From the NCBI GenBank assembly GCA_947085095.1, contig CAMTVD010000014.1:192001-256000 (forward strand): a stretch of 64,000 nt of DNA, written 5' to 3'. The translations under genes and the position numbers were made by a program. A model generated the notes under the pieces. That model made no database searches. It had not been told where the DNA came from and saw nothing but the letters and a program-made list of their open reading frames with translations. The stretch is from an uncultured Thermus sp. (GTDB lineage: Bacteria; Deinococcota; Deinococci; Deinococcales; Thermaceae). Of this stretch, positions 30,774 to 40,771 are shown piece after piece. Numbering within the stretch: position 1 is the first letter of the stretch; every line of letters starts with the position of its first letter.

Positions 30774-31712
30774 ATGGGCTTCCTGGATAACCTCTTAAGC
30801 GCCTTCCTCAAGGCCACCGACCCCAGGCCCCGCTACACCGAGGCTCGCTGCCTCCTCTACAAGAACAGCGTGGGGGGGTGCGACCGCTGCTACCAGGCCT
30901 GCCCCAAGGGAGCGGTGCGCCTCGAGGGGTGGCGGGTGGAGCTGGACGAGGCCCTGTGTACGGGGTGTGGCCTGTGCACCGGGGTCTGCCCCGGGGTGGC
31001 CCTGGAGTACCCCTTGGGGGGCATCCAGGAGGCCCTGATCCGGGGGAAGGGGCAGATAAGGTGCTCTAAGGCGGAGGGAAAGGGAGAGGAGGTCCTCTGC
31101 CTGGGTCGCCTCACCCCGGGGCTTCTGGCCGAGGCGGGAAGCCGCTTCGGCAAGGTGGTCCTGGCCCGGGGGGCCTGCGCCTCCTGCCGGATCGGGGGGC
31201 CCTCCGTCCCCGAGCACCTGGAAAGGATGGCCGAGGAGGCCAGGCGCTACCACCCCCTGGAGGTGGAGGTGGTGGAGGGGCCCTTGCCGGGGGAGCCCGT
31301 GGGCCGACGGGAGCTTTTCCAGGCCCTTCTGGGGAGCGCCAAGCGCACCGCCGCCGACCTGGTCCCCGAGTTGCCCCTTCCCGCCCCTGAGGAGGAGAAG
31401 GGCCTTCCCCCCGAGCTCCGCCTGCGCCGCCTGGCGGCGGAGCGGGCTTTTGAGGTGCGCTGGCCCCGGATCCGGGTGGAGGAGGGGTGCACCCTCTGCC
31501 CCGTCTGCACCAACGTCTGCCCCACGGGGGCGGTCCAGCGGGTCAGGGAGGGGGAGGAGTACGTCCTCTACCTCCAGGTGGAGGCCTGCACCGGGTGCGG
31601 GGCCTGTGTGGCAAGCTGCCCGCCCCAGGTGATCCGCCTCGAGGAGGCCTCCAAGGAGGAGCTTGGCGAGTTGGAACTCTTCCGGGGCAAGCCCCCCTGG
31701 TACGACCTTTGA
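30774..31712 (+). CDS. Polyferredoxin-like 4Fe-4S protein
   Basis: Four CxxCxxCxxxCP-type clusters. Confidence 0.85.
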   Translation: MGFLDNLLSAFLKATDPRPRYTEARCLLYKNSVGGCDRCYQACPKGAVRLEGWRVELDEALCTGCGLCTGVCPGVALEYPLGGIQEALIRGKGQIRCSKAEGKGEEVLCLGRLTPGLLAEAGSRFGKVVLARGACASCRIGGPSVPEHLERMAEEARRYHPLEVEVVEGPLPGEPVGRRELFQALLGSAKRTAADLVPELPLPAPEEEKGLPPELRLRRLAAERAFEVRWPRIRVEEGCTLCPVCTNVCPTGAVQRVREGEEYVLYLQVEACTGCGACVASCPPQVIRLEEASKEELGELELFRGKPPWYDL

Positions 31713-31736
31713 ACCTAGTATAATCCCCTTAAACCT

Positions 31737-33377
31737 ATGGATGCGGATGTCCTTGTGGTGGGTGGGGGCTTGGCGGGCCTGGTGGTGGCCACCGAGGTGG
31801 CGGCAAGGGGCAAGCGCGTCCTCCTCCTGGAGCAGGAGCCTTACTTGGGCGGGCAAGCCTTCTGGTCCTTCGGGGGGCTTTTCTTGGTGAATTCCCCCGA
31901 GCAGAGGCGGCTTGGCATCCGGGACTCCCTGGAATTGGCCCGCCAGGACTGGTTCGGCTCGGCGGGCCACGATCGGCCCGAGGACGCTTGGGGGCGGCGC
32001 TTTGCCGAGGCCTACCTGGAGTTCGCCGCCTCGGAGAAGCGGGCCTGGCTCCGTGCCTTAGGGGTGGGGTTCTTCCCCGTGGTGGGCTGGGCGGAGCGGG
32101 GCGGCGGGCTGGCCACGGGCCACGGCAACTCCGTTCCCCGGTTCCACATCGTCTGGGGCACGGGTCCAGGCCTCCTGGAGCCCTTCCTCCGGCGCCTTGG
32201 CTCCCAGGAGGAAAAGGGCTTGGTCCGGGTCCTGCTCCGCCACCGGGTGGAGGAGGTTTTGGTGGAAGGCGGCAGGGCGGTGGGCGTAGCGGGAGTGGTG
32301 CTGGAGCCCGATCCCAGCCCGAGGGGTGCCCCCAAAAGCCGCGAGGCCATAGGAGAGTTCCGCTTCCTGGCTCAGGCGGTGGTCCTGGCCACGGGGGGCA
32401 TCGGGGCCAACCTGGACCTGGTGCGGCGCTACTGGCCTGAGCGCCTGGGTAGGCCACCCGAAAGGCTTCTTTCCGGCGTGCCGGACCACGTGGACGGGAG
32501 CGGGATCTTGGCCGCAGGAAAGGCGGGGGCGCACCTCGTCAACCTGGACCGGATGTGGCACTACCCCGAGGGGGTGGAGAACCACACCCCCATCTGGAGC
32601 CGCCACGGGATCCGCATTCTCCCTGGGCCCTCTGCCCTTTGGGTGGACGCCACCGGAAGGCGCCTTCCCCCACCCCTCTTCCCGGGGTTTGATGCCCTGG
32701 AGACCCTGCGCCACCTCCGGGGTACGGGATTTGACTGGAGCTGGTTCGTGCTCAACCTGCGGATCCTCAAAAAGGAGTTCGCCCTCTCGGGCTCGGAGCA
32801 GAACCCGGACCTCACGGGAAAGAGCCTGGTGCAGGTGCTGCGCAACCGCCTTTTTGGCCCACCAGCGCCGGTCAAGGCCTTCCTGGAGCGGGGGAAGGAC
32901 TTTGTGGTGGCGGGGAACCTCTCCGAGCTCATGCGCAAGATGGACGCCCTGGCCCCAGGGGTCCTGGACCCCGCGCGCTTGGAAAAGGAGGTGAAGGCCC
33001 GGGATTTGGAGTTTTTAAACCCCTTTGCCAAGGACTCCCAGGTCCTGGCCCTCCGGGGCTTCCGCCGCTACCTGGGCGACCGCCTCTTCCGGGTGGCCCC
33101 CCCGGCCCCCATCCTGGATCCCAAGGGCGGTCCCTTGGTGGCCGTGCGCCTTTGGGCCCTCACCCGCAAGACCCTGGGAGGCATACAGACAGACCTCGAG
33201 GGCCGGGCCCTTACCCCCGCGGGAAACCCCCTTCCAGGCCTTTTCGCCGCCGGGGAGGCCGCGGGGTTTGGTGGGGGTGGGGTGCACGGGTACAAGGCCC
33301 TCGAGGGCACCTTCCTGGGAGGGTGCCTCTTTTCGGGCCTCCAGGCGGCCAAGGGGGTGCTGAAGGGTCTAGAATAG
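31737..33377 (+). CDS. FAD-binding dehydrogenase (KsdD/fumarate-reductase-like family)
   Basis: GGGLAG, GGQAFWSFGGLF, HGNSVPRFH, TRKTLGG, LEGTFLGGC. Confidence 0.85.
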   Translation: MDADVLVVGGGLAGLVVATEVAARGKRVLLLEQEPYLGGQAFWSFGGLFLVNSPEQRRLGIRDSLELARQDWFGSAGHDRPEDAWGRRFAEAYLEFAASEKRAWLRALGVGFFPVVGWAERGGGLATGHGNSVPRFHIVWGTGPGLLEPFLRRLGSQEEKGLVRVLLRHRVEEVLVEGGRAVGVAGVVLEPDPSPRGAPKSREAIGEFRFLAQAVVLATGGIGANLDLVRRYWPERLGRPPERLLSGVPDHVDGSGILAAGKAGAHLVNLDRMWHYPEGVENHTPIWSRHGIRILPGPSALWVDATGRRLPPPLFPGFDALETLRHLRGTGFDWSWFVLNLRILKKEFALSGSEQNPDLTGKSLVQVLRNRLFGPPAPVKAFLERGKDFVVAGNLSELMRKMDALAPGVLDPARLEKEVKARDLEFLNPFAKDSQVLALRGFRRYLGDRLFRVAPPAPILDPKGGPLVAVRLWALTRKTLGGIQTDLEGRALTPAGNPLPGLFAAGEAAGFGGGGVHGYKALEGTFLGGCLFSGLQAAKGVLKGLE

Positions 33378-33381
33378 GCCC

Positions 33382-33774
33382 ATGCGGCTTCACCACGTGG
33401 GCATCGCCGTGGAGGACCTGGAAGAGGCCAAGGCCCGCTACCTGCTCCTGGGCTTTAGGGTGGAGGCCGAGGGGGAGGTGGCGGCCCAGGGGGTGCGGGT
33501 GGCCATGCTGAAAGGGGAGGGGGAGGTTCTCCTGGAGCTCCTCGCCCCCTTGGGGCCGGACACCCCCGTGGGCCGCTTTTTGCAGAAGAGGGGCCCTGGG
33601 CTTCACCACCTGGCCTTCGCCACCGAGCGCATAGAGGAGGACCTGGCCCGGCTCAGGGGGGAAGGGGCCAGGCTCATTGACGAGGCCCCTCGCCCGGGGT
33701 TTGGCGGGCATCGGGTGGCCTTCCTCCACCCCACCTCTGGGCTTGGGGTCCTCTGGGAGCTGGTGGAGGTCTAG
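33382..33774 (+). CDS. mce: Methylmalonyl-CoA epimerase (VOC family)
   Basis: HHVGIAV, ELL.P, GLHHLAF, FLHP...GVL.ELVE. Confidence 0.85.
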   Translation: MRLHHVGIAVEDLEEAKARYLLLGFRVEAEGEVAAQGVRVAMLKGEGEVLLELLAPLGPDTPVGRFLQKRGPGLHHLAFATERIEEDLARLRGEGARLIDEAPRPGFGGHRVAFLHPTSGLGVLWELVEV

Positions 33775-33777
33775 GTA

Positions 33778-33805
33778 CCCCGCCGTGGCCTAAGCCACGG
33801 CGGGG
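33778..33805. repeat. Perfect 12-bp-stem palindrome (REP-like element or terminator)
   Basis: CCCCGCCGTGGC-CTAA-GCCACGGCGGGG, no U-tract on the plus strand. Confidence 0.6.
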
Positions 33806-33827
33806 GCCCCTAAATCAGGGAAGACTT

Positions 33828-34184
33828 ATGGGCCAGCGCCGGGCGCGGAGACGCCTATACCTGGGGTTCGCCCTGGGCTGGATGGGGGTCTTGTGGTACC
33901 TTTCCGCCCAGCCCGCCACCGGGGCTGGCCTCCCCCACCCCTGGGACAAGGCCGCCCACTTCGCCGCCTATGCCCTTCTCGGCTTCCTCTGGCGGCGCGG
34001 GCTTGGGCGCTTTCGCCCCGCCTTCCTCCTTTCCGCCCTTTACGGGGTGGTGGACGAGGGGCACCAAAGCTTCGTCCCCGGGCGGGAGGTGTCCTTTGGG
34101 GACCTCCTCGCCGACTTCCTGGGGGCCTACCTGGGGGCTAGGTGGGGGGGTAGAGGGGAAGTTCCAAAAGGCGCCCGCCCTTAG
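33828..34184 (+). CDS. VanZ-family membrane protein
   Basis: DKAAHF.AY, DEGHQSFVPGR, DLLAD. Confidence 0.88.
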   Translation: MGQRRARRRLYLGFALGWMGVLWYLSAQPATGAGLPHPWDKAAHFAAYALLGFLWRRGLGRFRPAFLLSALYGVVDEGHQSFVPGREVSFGDLLADFLGAYLGARWGGRGEVPKGARP

Positions 34185-34821
34185 CCCCCGCGGCCTGCAC
34201 CACCAGCTCGGCCACCAGCTCGGGGGCGATCCAGCGGCTGGGGTCGGCCTCGGGCATGGCCCGGCGGTTGGCCTCGGTGTCCAGGGTGCCCATGGGGTAG
34301 ACCACCAGAAAGCGCACCCCCTCCACCTCCCCCTGCAGGGACCTTAGGAGGCTCGCCAGGGCGGCCTTGGCGGCGGTGTAGAGGGCCCGGCCCGGACCCG
34401 CGCCCGTCCAGGCGGGGCCGGCGGCGAAGGCGGCGAAGAAGCCCTCCCCCCGCTTTTCCATGTAGGGGAGGACAGCCCTTAGGAGGTTATAGGTGGTGCG
34501 CAGGTTCAGGTCCAGCATCCAGTCGTAAAGCCCCGGGTCCGCGTCCAAAAAGCGCCCGGCGGCGAAGCCCCCCACGGTGTGGACCACGCCATAGAGGGGG
34601 GCCTCCCGTTCCACGGAGCGGGCGAGGGCCTGGGCCTCCTCCAGGCGGGTGAGGTCGGCCACAAAGGTCCTGGCCCCCACGGCCTCCGCCCTTTCCGCCA
34701 TGCGCTCCAAGCGGGGGTCGGAGAGGAAGAGCCTGGCCCCCGCCCGGTGGAAGGCGGGGATCAGGGCCCGGGAGAGGGCCCCCCCGGCTCCGGTGATGAG
34801 AAAGGCCTTACCTTCCAGCAT
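34138..34821 (-). CDS. SDR-family oxidoreductase
   Basis: ITGAGG, YTAAK, LDTEANR. Confidence 0.85.
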   Translation of the reverse strand: MLEGKAFLITGAGGALSRALIPAFHRAGARLFLSDPRLERMAERAEAVGARTFVADLTRLEEAQALARSVEREAPLYGVVHTVGGFAAGRFLDADPGLYDWMLDLNLRTTYNLLRAVLPYMEKRGEGFFAAFAAGPAWTGAGPGRALYTAAKAALASLLRSLQGEVEGVRFLVVYPMGTLDTEANRRAMPEADPSRWIAPELVAELVVQAAGAKGGRLLELPLYPPT

Positions 34822-34825
34822 GGCC

Positions 34826-35806
34826 TCATTGTACGGGGAGGAAAGCCAGGGCCTTGGGGGAGAAACCTAAGGAAGGGAGGGCCGCCCTCTGGGGCGGGGA
34901 GGGGACCAGGTCGTAGACGTAGAGTAGGCTCCCCGCCGCCAGGTACAGGTAGGCGTCCTGCCCCACCAGGCCGGCGGCAAAGGTCTGGAAGGCTTCCAAG
35001 TGGGGGGACTCCCTGGGCTCCAGCACCTGGAAGCCCTGGCCAAAGACCGCAAGCCCCGCCACCGGGTCCAGGGCCAGGCGGGCCAGGCGGGGGAAGTCTC
35101 CCAGGACCTTGCGGCTTTGCAGGGCCTCCCCCTGGAGGGTGTAGAGGCGGGTTTCCGTGGCCGTGCCCCCCAGGCCCAGAAGCCTTCCCCGGCTCCCGTC
35201 CGCCCGCAGGTCAAAGGGGCCCTGGCTGAGGGGTCTTTCGGGGAGGAGCTTTTCCAGACGGGGGCTACCCCCGGGGTCATGGGGGGGGCGGAAGCCCAGG
35301 GCGTTTGGGGTCAGGTAGCCCAGGAGGTCCAGGGCTCCCTGGGGGAGGAGGGCGAGGCGCAGGGGGGCCTCCAGCCCGGTGAGGTCGGCCTCGAGGGGGT
35401 CCTCCAGGCCGGGGGGAAAGAGGAAGGCCTTTCCCGCCCCCGGGCAGTGGACCAGGAGGCGGTTCTGCCCTAGGCGCAGGTACCCCCCGGCGCAGCCAGG
35501 GAGGGGCGCTGTGGCCTGGAGGTTCTGGGGGGCGGAAGTTTCGGTGAAACCGGAGGTGTCGTAGGCCTCGAGGCGGTCCAGGAAGAGCAGGTAAAGCCGC
35601 CCCTGGCTTCCCCAGTAGGCCAGGTCCTGGAGGCCGGGCGTGGTCCAGGCGGCCACCGGGGTGGCCAGGCCCCGTTGCAGGTCGGAAGCCTTGTAAAAGC
35701 GCACCTCGTCCCCGCTCCCCGCGGCCAAGAGGGCGGGGAGGGGGGGCTCCTGGCTTCCTGTGCAGGCCGCGAGGAGGAAGAGGAGGAGAAGAAGCCCCTT
35801 TCTCAT
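34826..35806 (-). CDS. Hypothetical lipoprotein
   Basis: MRKGLLLLLFLLAAC lipobox; ATG 35806 overlaps the upstream gene's stop (ATGA). Confidence 0.75.
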   Translation of the reverse strand: MRKGLLLLLFLLAACTGSQEPPLPALLAAGSGDEVRFYKASDLQRGLATPVAAWTTPGLQDLAYWGSQGRLYLLFLDRLEAYDTSGFTETSAPQNLQATAPLPGCAGGYLRLGQNRLLVHCPGAGKAFLFPPGLEDPLEADLTGLEAPLRLALLPQGALDLLGYLTPNALGFRPPHDPGGSPRLEKLLPERPLSQGPFDLRADGSRGRLLGLGGTATETRLYTLQGEALQSRKVLGDFPRLARLALDPVAGLAVFGQGFQVLEPRESPHLEAFQTFAAGLVGQDAYLYLAAGSLLYVYDLVPSPPQRAALPSLGFSPKALAFLPVQ

Positions 35807-38274
35807 GGCAGACCTCCCAGCTTCACGCCCTCCTCGGAGAGGAGGACCCCCGCCGCCTGGCCCCCAAAGAGGAAGGCCAGGCCGAAGCTTCCCTTGCCCG
35901 CATCCACTGTGACCCGCATGGCCCAGCAGCAGCGGTCCAGGACCAAGATAAACCTGGGCTTCAGGGCCTCCCCCGGCAGGTTCTGGGTGAGGAGGGCGGA
36001 GAGGTGGAGCTTGCTCTTCTCCCGGCCCAGGAAGGTGAGGGTGGGGCCGAAGTTGCGCAAGGAGAGGCCATACCCCTCGGGCCGGTCGGGGCGGCGGGTA
36101 TAGGTGAGGCTCCCCGAGAAGGAAAGCCCCGGGATGGCGTTTTCCCCGTTTTCGTCCGGGGGGATGGGCCGCCAAAGCTCGGCCCCCCCGCTGAAGGTGG
36201 CGTCCCTCAGGTAGACCCCGGGGTCCCCCACCTCGGGCAGGTGGAGGTTGGCGGTGAGGCGGAAGCCCACCTCGGGGAGGGCCTGGCTTGCGGAGAGGCG
36301 CAGGTTGGTGCCCCGGAAGCCCTCCTGGTAGCGGCCCGTGAGGGAGAGGTCAAAGAGGGGCCCCGGGGCTACCCCGAAGCGCAGGCCCGCCTGGTAGCCC
36401 AGGGCTTTGGGGTCCAGGTTGGCCTGGAGGGTGAGGCTGGTGGTTTGGAGGATGGTCTGGGCCAAAAGGCTCAGGGTGTCCCGGGTCCAGTCCCGGCGGG
36501 CCTGGAGGGTGTAGGCGTTCAGGCCCTCCCGCAAGGAGAAGGTGAGGCCCGTGTCCAGGGGGCCTTCCCCGTTCAGGCCGTGGCGGTGGCTCAGGTTCAG
36601 GCTGCCCCCGGGGAGGGCGTAGGCGGCCTGGAGGAAGAGGGGGTCAAAGAGGGCCTTGGGGTGGTCGTAGCGGAGGCTCGCCCTCAAGGAAAAGGGGTAG
36701 GGGGTGAGGGCGGCCTCGGCCTGGGTTTCCAGGGGGCCTTCCCCCTCGAGGCCCCGCTTGTGGTAGACCCTTAGGGCATACCCCGGGTCCTGTAGCCGGC
36801 CCTCTCCCTCCAGGGGAAGGTAGCGTTCCCTTTCCAGGTCCCGGCCCCCCTTCAGGTTCAGAAAGAGGGGCCTCTCCGTGTACCCCAGGGCTAGGGTGGC
36901 CTGGTGGCTCCGCCTTCCCGGGAGGGCGTCAAAGCGGAAGGGGCTTTCCCCCTCCTGGAGGCTCCTCCCATAGGCCATTTCCACGCTAAACCCCCCCAGG
37001 GCCTGGCGGAAAAGGGCGGTGGTGGTCCAGTCCACCTGCCTCTCGTGCTCCCCGTCCGGGTTCCTGGTGGTGTAGTAGAAGCCCCGGAAGCGGTTCTCCG
37101 CCCGGAGGGTGGCCCCGGGCCAGGGGGTGAGGGTGAGGGTTTCCCCGTGGGCGAGGAGGACTCTTCCCGCCTCCGCGTAAGGCCCCAGGGCGCGGGCGGA
37201 GCGGTTTAGGGGGCTGGTCTCCGCCAGGTAGCGCCCCAGGACCACGCCCCCCTGGAGGGTGAAGGGGCCTTCCCGGAAGACGGGGCTTTGCGCCTCCAGC
37301 TCGGGGAGGCGTTGCAGGGTGCGGGGCGGGGGGGTGGCGGGGTCGTGGTCCAGGAAGCCCTCCAGCCTCAGGGCGAAGCGCCAGTCCTGGGGCCTGGGGG
37401 TGCCGGGGAGGAGGGCCTCGAGGCGGAAACGGGAGAGCTTCTCCCGGGTGTCGTCCCGCTCCAGGAGGGCGGTGAGGGCGAACTCTTCCCGCTTCAGGCT
37501 GTACTCCCCCCGGTACTGGAAGGTGTCCGGGGGGGTGTGGAGGAAGTAGTAGCGCTCCTTGGCCTCCCCAAGGCCGAAGTGATCCAAGCCAAAACCGTAG
37601 CCCCTTCCCCCGTAGTAGTGGAGGAGGGTGTAGCCCAGGCCCAGCTCGGATACGTAGGGGAGGGCAGTCTTGAGGTAGAAGCCCCGATCGTCCTGGCCCA
37701 CCTCCAGCCTGGGCCGCCTCTCCGAGAGGAAGAGGAGGAGGACGGGAAGCTCCAGGAGGGGCTTTTCCTGGACCAGGAGGACCACCCCCCGGGCCACCAC
37801 CCGGTCCCCGGGGTAGAGGACGATCTCCCGGGCGCGGAAGGCGTAGTCGGGGACCTCCTGGCCGCAGGAGGCGCAGGGGGTGGCGTAGCCCGCCTCCAGG
37901 AGGATGGCCCCCGCCGCCCTTTGGCAGAGGGGCCCGGTGAGGAGGAGTTCCTTGGCCTCTATGCGCACCTCTAGGGCGTCAAAGCTCTCGTCGGAGAGAT
38001 CCACCTGGAGCTCCTCCGCCTCTATGAGGCGGCCCTCCTTGTCCCGGTAGCGCACCTTCCCCGAGAGGAGGAGGAGCCTTCTTTCCCGGAAGTAGACCAC
38101 CCTTTCCGCCTCCAGGGCCTCCCCCTCCCTTTCCAGGCGCACGGGGTTTCCCACCAGCACGAAGACCTCCTCCCCGCCCTCCTCCCGGATCTCCAGGCGG
38201 TCCGCCTCCAGGACCTTCAGGGTCTGGCCCAGGGCCGGGAGAAAGAGGAAGAGGAGGAGGAGGCCCCACCTCAT
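35803..38274 (-). CDS. LptD/OstA-like outer-membrane beta-barrel protein
   Basis: Signal peptide, N-terminal beta-jellyroll-like region (LEADRL, GNPV.L, GKV.Y), TPC..C..PDY.F.A, alternating beta strands; follows lptFG. Confidence 0.7.
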   Translation of the reverse strand: MRWGLLLLFLFLPALGQTLKVLEADRLEIREEGGEEVFVLVGNPVRLEREGEALEAERVVYFRERRLLLLSGKVRYRDKEGRLIEAEELQVDLSDESFDALEVRIEAKELLLTGPLCQRAAGAILLEAGYATPCASCGQEVPDYAFRAREIVLYPGDRVVARGVVLLVQEKPLLELPVLLLFLSERRPRLEVGQDDRGFYLKTALPYVSELGLGYTLLHYYGGRGYGFGLDHFGLGEAKERYYFLHTPPDTFQYRGEYSLKREEFALTALLERDDTREKLSRFRLEALLPGTPRPQDWRFALRLEGFLDHDPATPPPRTLQRLPELEAQSPVFREGPFTLQGGVVLGRYLAETSPLNRSARALGPYAEAGRVLLAHGETLTLTPWPGATLRAENRFRGFYYTTRNPDGEHERQVDWTTTALFRQALGGFSVEMAYGRSLQEGESPFRFDALPGRRSHQATLALGYTERPLFLNLKGGRDLERERYLPLEGEGRLQDPGYALRVYHKRGLEGEGPLETQAEAALTPYPFSLRASLRYDHPKALFDPLFLQAAYALPGGSLNLSHRHGLNGEGPLDTGLTFSLREGLNAYTLQARRDWTRDTLSLLAQTILQTTSLTLQANLDPKALGYQAGLRFGVAPGPLFDLSLTGRYQEGFRGTNLRLSASQALPEVGFRLTANLHLPEVGDPGVYLRDATFSGGAELWRPIPPDENGENAIPGLSFSGSLTYTRRPDRPEGYGLSLRNFGPTLTFLGREKSKLHLSALLTQNLPGEALKPRFILVLDRCCWAMRVTVDAGKGSFGLAFLFGGQAAGVLLSEEGVKLGGLP

Positions 38275-39314
38275 CTCCGCCCTCCCAGGAAGAGGAAAAG
38301 GCCCAGAAGCCCGTAGAGGAGGTTGGGCCCCCAGGCGGCCAGGATGGGGTCCAGGGCGTTCTGCTCCCCCATGATCCGCCCCACGCTCCTGGTGGCGTAG
38401 TAGAAGAAGGTGAGGATGGCCACGCCCACCAGGCCCAGGCTCCGGCTCCCCCCCAGGAGGTAGAAGGCGAGGCCTGTGGCGAAGAGGGCGAAGACCAGGG
38501 CCGCGGCGGGCTCGGCGAAGCGGCGGTGGTAGGTGGTGGCCTCGAGGCCCGCCTTCACCCCCAGGGCCCTTAGCCGCTCCACCTCCTTCTTCAGTTCCCC
38601 CAGGGTCATGCGGTTCGCCGGGTTCTGCCAGGGCTCAAAGGTGAGGTCCTTGAGGAGGATCTCCCCCCTTTGGAAGCGGGTGAGGGTGCGGGGACGGTCC
38701 CCCTCGTAGGTGACCCTTTGCCCCTCTTCCACCTCCAGGACCCCTCCTCGGAACCTGCCCCTTTCCGCCAGGAGCACCTCCTCCCGGGAGAGGACCCTCA
38801 GCTTCCCGATCCGGTCCCCCGCCACCTCCCCCACGTGGACCACCCGCCCCTGGGCGTCCTGGAAGGTGGCTCCCGGGGTAAGGAGGGCCCTTGGCCTTTC
38901 CAGGACCTGCCGCCTCAGGAGGTCCTGCCCCGCGGCCAGGGCCCGGGGCACCAGGCTCTCTCCCAGAAGAAAGCCCACGAGGGCGATGCCAAAGGCGAAG
39001 AGGAGGAGGGGGAGGAGGACCCGCTCCCGCCTCACCCCCAGGGCGAGGAGGGCCTTGAGCTCCGAGTCCTCCGCCATGCGGGAGAGGAGGAGCAAGAGGG
39101 CGAAGAGGTAGGCCACGGGGGCCCCCCGCACCAGGGCCTCGGGGGTGCGGTAGAGGAGGTAGAGGAGGAGGGTGTAGGGGTCGGCCCCCTTGGCCACCAG
39201 GGGGGCCAGGACCTCGTAGACCGCCCCCGCCAGGAAGAGGAGGACGAGGACCAGAAGCCCCCCCAAAAAGAGGAGGAGGGCCTCGCGGAGGAGGTAGCGG
39301 TCCAGGGTCTTCAC
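38271..39314 (-). CDS. LptF/LptG-family permease
   Basis: LDRYLLRE, SELKAL.A.G, AAWGPN. Confidence 0.88.
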   Translation of the reverse strand: MKTLDRYLLREALLLFLGGLLVLVLLFLAGAVYEVLAPLVAKGADPYTLLLYLLYRTPEALVRGAPVAYLFALLLLLSRMAEDSELKALLALGVRRERVLLPLLLFAFGIALVGFLLGESLVPRALAAGQDLLRRQVLERPRALLTPGATFQDAQGRVVHVGEVAGDRIGKLRVLSREEVLLAERGRFRGGVLEVEEGQRVTYEGDRPRTLTRFQRGEILLKDLTFEPWQNPANRMTLGELKKEVERLRALGVKAGLEATTYHRRFAEPAAALVFALFATGLAFYLLGGSRSLGLVGVAILTFFYYATRSVGRIMGEQNALDPILAAWGPNLLYGLLGLFLFLGGRR

Positions 39315-40321
39315 CTGAGCCTCCAGGCGAGGTAGAGGGCGAAAAGGCCGTAGAGGGCGTTGGGCAGGTGGGCCCAAAAGGGGCTCACGTCGTAGCGGGC
39401 CAGCTGGGCTGAGAGGGTCCAGAGGACGTAGTAGCCGAAGATGAGGAGGACCACCCCCAAAAAGGCCCAGGCGGCCTCCCTTAAGGAGAGGCCCAGAGCG
39501 GCGGCGGCGAAGCCCAGGAAGAAGCCCCCAAAGGCGTCCGCCAGGCGGCGGTGGAGGGCGAAGCGGGCCCCTCCTTCCACCCGGGCCCGCTGCCAGAGCT
39601 CCGCCAGGGTGCTGGAGTCGTAGGGGTCCCGGGAGCCCAGGCTCTCCTTGGGGCGGAAGAGGGTGGGAAAGGGGAGGATGCCCTGGAAGGGCTTGAGCTT
39701 GCCCTCCTCCAGCACGTACCCCAGGAACTGCCAGCCCTCCCGGTCCCAGACCCCCTCCTTGGCGCTATAGACCCGCCCCTCTTCGTCCACCACCCGCAGA
39801 GCAAAGAGGCGGTTCTGCCCCACCTCGGGGTGCACCTCCTCGGCGTAGTAGACCCCTTGGCCTTCCAGGGCGTAGACCTGTTGCCTCAGGACGCCGCTTG
39901 GGCTGCCCTCCCCGTAGAGGAGGCGGCCCAGGGCCTGGTCGTAGGCCTCGAGGGCCCTGGGCCTCACCTCGGCCAGGTTGTAGAGGTTCGCCAGGGCCAC
40001 CAGGAGGGAGAGGAGGAGGAGGGGCTTCAGGAGGGCCAGGGGAGGCACCCCGGCGGCGTAGGCCGCTTTGAGTTCCGAGTGGCGGATGAGGCGGGAAAGC
40101 CCCACCAGGATGGCGAAGACCAGGCCCAAAGGCAGGGCCAGGCTCAGGGTCCAGGGGAGGCGGTAGAGGATGAGGAGGGCGATCTCCCCCGCCCCCGCCC
40201 CCCGGCTCAGGAGGACCCCGGAGAGGCTGGAGAGGAGGTCAAAGGTGAGGAGGGCTACGAAGAGGAAGACCCCCACCGCGTAAGGGACGAGGACCTCCTT
40301 GAGAACGTAGCGCTCCAGCAC
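39311..40321 (-). CDS. LptF/LptG-family permease
   Basis: LERYVLKE, SELKAAYAAG, HLPN. Confidence 0.88.
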   Translation of the reverse strand: MLERYVLKEVLVPYAVGVFLFVALLTFDLLSSLSGVLLSRGAGAGEIALLILYRLPWTLSLALPLGLVFAILVGLSRLIRHSELKAAYAAGVPPLALLKPLLLLSLLVALANLYNLAEVRPRALEAYDQALGRLLYGEGSPSGVLRQQVYALEGQGVYYAEEVHPEVGQNRLFALRVVDEEGRVYSAKEGVWDREGWQFLGYVLEEGKLKPFQGILPFPTLFRPKESLGSRDPYDSSTLAELWQRARVEGGARFALHRRLADAFGGFFLGFAAAALGLSLREAAWAFLGVVLLIFGYYVLWTLSAQLARYDVSPFWAHLPNALYGLFALYLAWRLR

Positions 40322-40357
40322 GGGGGCAGTATACGGGAAGGGGATGAGAAACGGCTT

Positions 40358-40771
40358 TTAGGGGTGGGCGATCACGTGGATCACCGGCAGGCCCAAGCGC
40401 TCCGCTCGGGTGTGCACGTCCAGCCTGAGCCAGCGGGAAAGCCCCGGGGGCAGGGTGGCGAGGACGATGGCCTGGTAGGCCCCGGGGTGGGCCAGAAGCT
40501 CCTCCTCTAGGGCAAGAAGGGGGGAGATGTCCCCCGCCTTGGCCTCGGCGATGGGGATGCCCTGGGCCTCGAGGGCCGCCTTGGCCGCCTCGGCCTCCTC
40601 CTCTGCCCGCCTCCTCACCTCGTTCTCTTCATAGACCCACCCGGGCGGGGGTACGGCGGGCACCAGGAGGACGAAGCGGGCCTCGGGGTCATTCTCCAGG
40701 ATGGCCTTCAACTTGGCCGCAAGCTCGGGGCTCTTGGCTGTGCGGTGGGCCACCACCAGGTACTGGGCCAT
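40358..40771 (-). CDS. Universal-stress-protein-like (adenine nucleotide alpha-hydrolase fold) protein
   Basis: YLVVAH...VLLVPA, IVLAT...SRWL, LPVIHV; recalled similarity to a structurally characterised T. thermophilus protein. Confidence 0.65.
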   Translation of the reverse strand: MAQYLVVAHRTAKSPELAAKLKAILENDPEARFVLLVPAVPPPGWVYEENEVRRRAEEEAEAAKAALEAQGIPIAEAKAGDISPLLALEEELLAHPGAYQAIVLATLPPGLSRWLRLDVHTRAERLGLPVIHVIAHP

